Virus record (IMG/VR): IMGVR_UViG_3300027007_000012
Location: 24,657-88,656 of that record
From: a virus
Lineage: Duplodnaviria; Caudoviricetes
DNA length: 64,000 bases
Strand: one strand, 5' to 3'
Within the stretch, counting starts at the first letter, position 1. Each line of letters opens with the position of its first letter. The position numbers were made by a program, and so were the translations under genes. Shown here in pieces: positions 61,575-64,000 of this stretch. Under the pieces are notes generated by a model. The model saw only the letters and a program-made list of their open reading frames with translations. It was not told where the DNA came from and did no database searches.

Positions 61575-62384
61575 ATGCAAAAAGAGACGACGGAAGTGTC
61601 GGCCCACACCAACTGGGTCCACCCGCAGCTGCGAAACGCGGGCTTCGACATATACGACGTGGAGGGGTACAGTCTGGACGAGGACGCGGATTCGGTCGAG
61701 CTGTTCATCGACCGGCGGAGGGTCCGCGACGTTCGTGGGTACAACGCCGGTCGAGTGTGGCGAGAGCTCCAGAAGACCATCGACGAGACGGAGTTAGAAG
61801 CCAAGGAATCGCTGGCGTCGAGAGCTGGCTGTGACTACGTAGTCGCTCTGTACGATGATAGCCGCGTGAAGGTGTTTAGCGTCGACAGCGATGGTATCGA
61901 GACGGTGACGGACGAACTGTCCTTCCCCGAGTTCGGCAAGTGGGTGTTCAGCCACAACTCGACGACTGAGCTCGGCAAGGAGTTCATCCACGACGACGAC
62001 TTCCCGTCACTGGATGCGGCCCTCAGACAGAACGGGACGCCGTGGCCACCAAATCTCGACGGCTTCTGGTACAACGACGATGGGGTGCAGTGCCTCATCG
62101 AGTACCAGACCACGAACGTCACGTCCCCTGCGAATCACTCGAACAACCGCTATTTCTCACAGGACCACGGTCGCTGGAAACACCTCTGGGGTCTGGCCCA
62201 GGCGCTCGATCTCCCGCTCGTGATCGTCGTCTGGTCGCCCAACGAGAAGTACCAGAACGAAGTGAAACTGAAGCGCGTCCACGATGTCTGTTTCAGCGGT
62301 CGAGATCGAGGACTGTCCTACTCGAGCGTTCAGCTCATCGAGCCAGCCCAGGTGAGCGACCAGATCAGGACGGTGGCCCAATGA
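61575..62384 (+). CDS. Hypothetical protein, possible PD-(D/E)xK-like nuclease
   Basis: PNLDGFW...LIEYQ. Confidence 0.45.
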   Translation: MQKETTEVSAHTNWVHPQLRNAGFDIYDVEGYSLDEDADSVELFIDRRRVRDVRGYNAGRVWRELQKTIDETELEAKESLASRAGCDYVVALYDDSRVKVFSVDSDGIETVTDELSFPEFGKWVFSHNSTTELGKEFIHDDDFPSLDAALRQNGTPWPPNLDGFWYNDDGVQCLIEYQTTNVTSPANHSNNRYFSQDHGRWKHLWGLAQALDLPLVIVVWSPNEKYQNEVKLKRVHDVCFSGRDRGLSYSSVQLIEPAQVSDQIRTVAQ

Positions 62385-62749
62385 CGTTCGAGTACCAGCA
62401 CGCGCGAGCGGACCGTGTCGTCGACGGCGACACGATCTGGATGACGGTGGACCTCGGGTTCTACCAGTACGTGAAGGTCCCGTTCCGTCTCATCGACGTC
62501 GACACGCACGAGATCCACTTTGTCAGCCACGACAGCGAGGAGTACAAGCAGGGAATGGTCGAGAAGCAGTACGTCGTTGACTGGCTCACCGAGGCCGAGC
62601 TCGGCCGTGGCGACTGGCCTCTGGAGCTGATCACCTACGGCACCGGGAAGTACGGCCGGTGGTTGGCCTACGTCAAGCGCAAGAGCGACGGAGCGATCCT
62701 GAACGAGGACCTGCTCGAGACGTTCGACGACGTGCGGTACGAGGCGTAG
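62381..62749 (+). CDS. Thermonuclease (SNase-like)
   Basis: RVVDGDTI, RLIDVDTHE and GKYGRWLA. Confidence 0.9.
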   Translation: MTFEYQHARADRVVDGDTIWMTVDLGFYQYVKVPFRLIDVDTHEIHFVSHDSEEYKQGMVEKQYVVDWLTEAELGRGDWPLELITYGTGKYGRWLAYVKRKSDGAILNEDLLETFDDVRYEA

Positions 62750-63001
62750 ATGATAGGTGATCCTTCGGCACGCGTTACTCGCCGTGACCTGCTGATCGCC
62801 CTTGGAACGACGACCGCTGTGTTGAGTGTCGAGCGAATGAGCGCGTCGGCGTCGGATGTGGAGGAGTGTGACTACGATACGACGTGTTGGCCGACGGGAT
62901 TCGGCGAGTGCGGCTACGGAGCGGGTGGGTTCGGTGGTATGGAGACAGACCTGCGTGACTACGGAACAGGTGGCTTTGGAATCGGTGGGTACGGAGAATA
63001 G
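62750..63001 (+). CDS. Small Tat-signal protein with a Gly/aromatic-rich tail
   Basis: TRRDLL plus hydrophobic stretch and ASA site; GFGxxGYGxGGFG repeats. Confidence 0.6.
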   Translation: MIGDPSARVTRRDLLIALGTTTAVLSVERMSASASDVEECDYDTTCWPTGFGECGYGAGGFGGMETDLRDYGTGGFGIGGYGE

Positions 63002-63002
63002 G

Positions 63003-63040
63003 CTGTACGTACATATGTACGCGCCCATATGTACGTGCAG
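63003..63040. repeat. 15-8-15 inverted-repeat site, direct repeat of 40525
   Basis: ctgtacgtacatatg-tacgcgcc-catatgtacgtgcag. Confidence 0.95.
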
Positions 63041-63045
63041 GTAGT

Positions 63046-63597
63046 TTAGACCAGATCGTCGACGACAGCGTATGTCCGGTCGGCGAGTTCGTCGATCCCA
63101 GCGGTATTTTGAACGACGCCGTCTGCACGCTGGAAGTAGTCACCCGCACCCGCGTCGCGTTCTCGCGCGGTCCGTTCACGGAGATATTGAGCGTTGCCGA
63201 CGGGGTCTTCGCCCCCTTTCCCCCTCCCTGAACGTGCTGAAAACCACCGTACACGGTCCGCAAAGGTCGCCGAGACCCAGATCACGTACGCCTCAATGTC
63301 TAACTCGGCGGCCAGGTAGTCCACTTCGGCGGGATTCCTCGTTCCCTCCAGGACCACGATCTCGGACTCGTCGAGGTGGTCACGGAGTGGTTCGACGCAG
63401 GGGATAGCGACCCCGTGTTCACCATGGTCCTCCCGAAGGCTCTCTGCGTAGGCCCATACATCCTCCTCGTCGCTTTCGTCAACGGTTTCTCTGAGTGTCT
63501 CACCCATGCTCACGACCGGCCACCCCTCATTTTCCAGGAGTTCGGCGGCTGTGCTTTTCCCACTTGCCGGATAGCCCGCGAGTGCTATGATAGTCAT
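63046..63597 (-). CDS. P-loop nucleotide kinase (dephospho-CoA/dNMP-kinase-like)
   Basis: IALAGYPASGKST, VVSMGETLR, VLEGTRNPAE; the only clear minus-strand gene in the viral part. Confidence 0.8.
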   Translation of the reverse strand: MTIIALAGYPASGKSTAAELLENEGWPVVSMGETLRETVDESDEEDVWAYAESLREDHGEHGVAIPCVEPLRDHLDESEIVVLEGTRNPAEVDYLAAELDIEAYVIWVSATFADRVRWFSARSGRGKGGEDPVGNAQYLRERTARERDAGAGDYFQRADGVVQNTAGIDELADRTYAVVDDLV

Positions 63598-63776
63598 TAT
63601 GATATGTAATGTATCCCGAAACAAGAACATTCCGCTCACTACCACCAGCAGCGTTCACTTGTACTTCGTCTATCACGGTCACTGGGGACGAGTATAGCAA
63701 AAATCTCCCCGATTGTATCTGTGAAAAGAGTAGTTACGAAAACTGGTATATATGTCTGTACGTGTTTGATAATTCG

Positions 63777-64000
63777 ATGGGTGACCCACAGACCGCCGAA
63801 ATCCTTCTCGACACCCCCGAGGTAGTCGTCGAGACGGCTGCGGACGGAGATACCGTCGAGAGCGTCAAGCTCGTCGGTACCATGTTCGCAGACGGACTCA
63901 ACGCCAACGCCTGGGGCCTTACAGAGAAGGGTGCGAAGGCGATCGCGTCCTCGCTTGAGGGCGAAGATCTAACGGCTGGTCATCCTCCCGTAGTGGGATA
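63777..64000 (+). CDS. 5' end of a probable prohead protease/scaffold protein (truncated by the window end)
   Basis: MGDPQ...GLNANAWGL...SLEGEDLTAGH resembles the N-x-N-x-W...G...H start of phage maturation proteases. Confidence 0.5.
   Translation, partial: MGDPQTAEILLDTPEVVVETAADGDTVESVKLVGTMFADGLNANAWGLTEKGAKAIASSLEGEDLTAGHPPVVG

Larger units (their letters stand above)
5600..64000. mobile_element. Large haloarchaeal tailed-virus genome or provirus segment; boundaries not resolved
   Basis: TerL, portal and F-like genes, viral nucleotide-metabolism genes, one-strand microgene arrays, shared dispersed motif; no integrase in the window. Confidence 0.85.

Noticed and set aside
1-64000. Diversity-generating retroelement, retron, IS element or integrase
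   Set aside because: No reverse-transcriptase, transposase or tyrosine/serine-recombinase motifs were recognised in any ORF
1-64000. Apparent scarcity of CTAG
   Set aside because: Not counted rigorously, and CTAG avoidance is already well known in haloarchaea and their viruses

Overview
Haloarchaeal DNA (GC-rich, strongly acidic proteins, TATA-box promoters, CPxCG-type microproteins). Bases 1-5.5 kb hold restriction-modification-type genes: the C-terminus of an Eco57I/type IIG-like methylase, a PLD-SNF2 helicase and a putative nuclease. From about 5.6 kb to the end, the window reads as part of a large haloarchaeal head-tailed virus or provirus, with almost all genes on the + strand. (i) About 7.5-23 kb is an 'early' region of at least 14 small gene cassettes, each with its own conserved promoter and 5' stem-loop. 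(ii) 23.6-30 kb is a run of small unknown genes. (iii) 30.3-36.7 kb carries a TerS candidate, intein-containing TerL, portal and head-morphogenesis protein. (iv) 37-40.5 kb carries a C39 peptidase, a degenerate nucleotidyltransferase and a glycosyltransferase. (v) 41-63 kb is a nucleotide-metabolism/DNA-modification block (ThyX, HhH-glycosylase-like protein, two TGT/DpdA-like proteins, Nmad1-like, MazG-like, intein-containing NrdJ, thermonuclease) with an inserted HEPN/ApeA-like island. (vi) A kinase and the start of a probable prohead protease close the window. No integrase, att site, capsid gene or CRISPR array is visible. The strongest non-coding signals are an asymmetric 16-bp motif GATGCCACCAGNRRCG (18 exact 11-mer cores found by eye, in genes and between them), six mini-tRNA (acceptor + T-arm) elements between genes, loxP-like 13-8-13 purine/pyrimidine-alternating sites, and several structured ncRNA candidates. 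The NrdJ intein ends in an atypical Arg-Gly. All protein calls come from motif recognition by eye, not from database searches, and the motif counts are manual.
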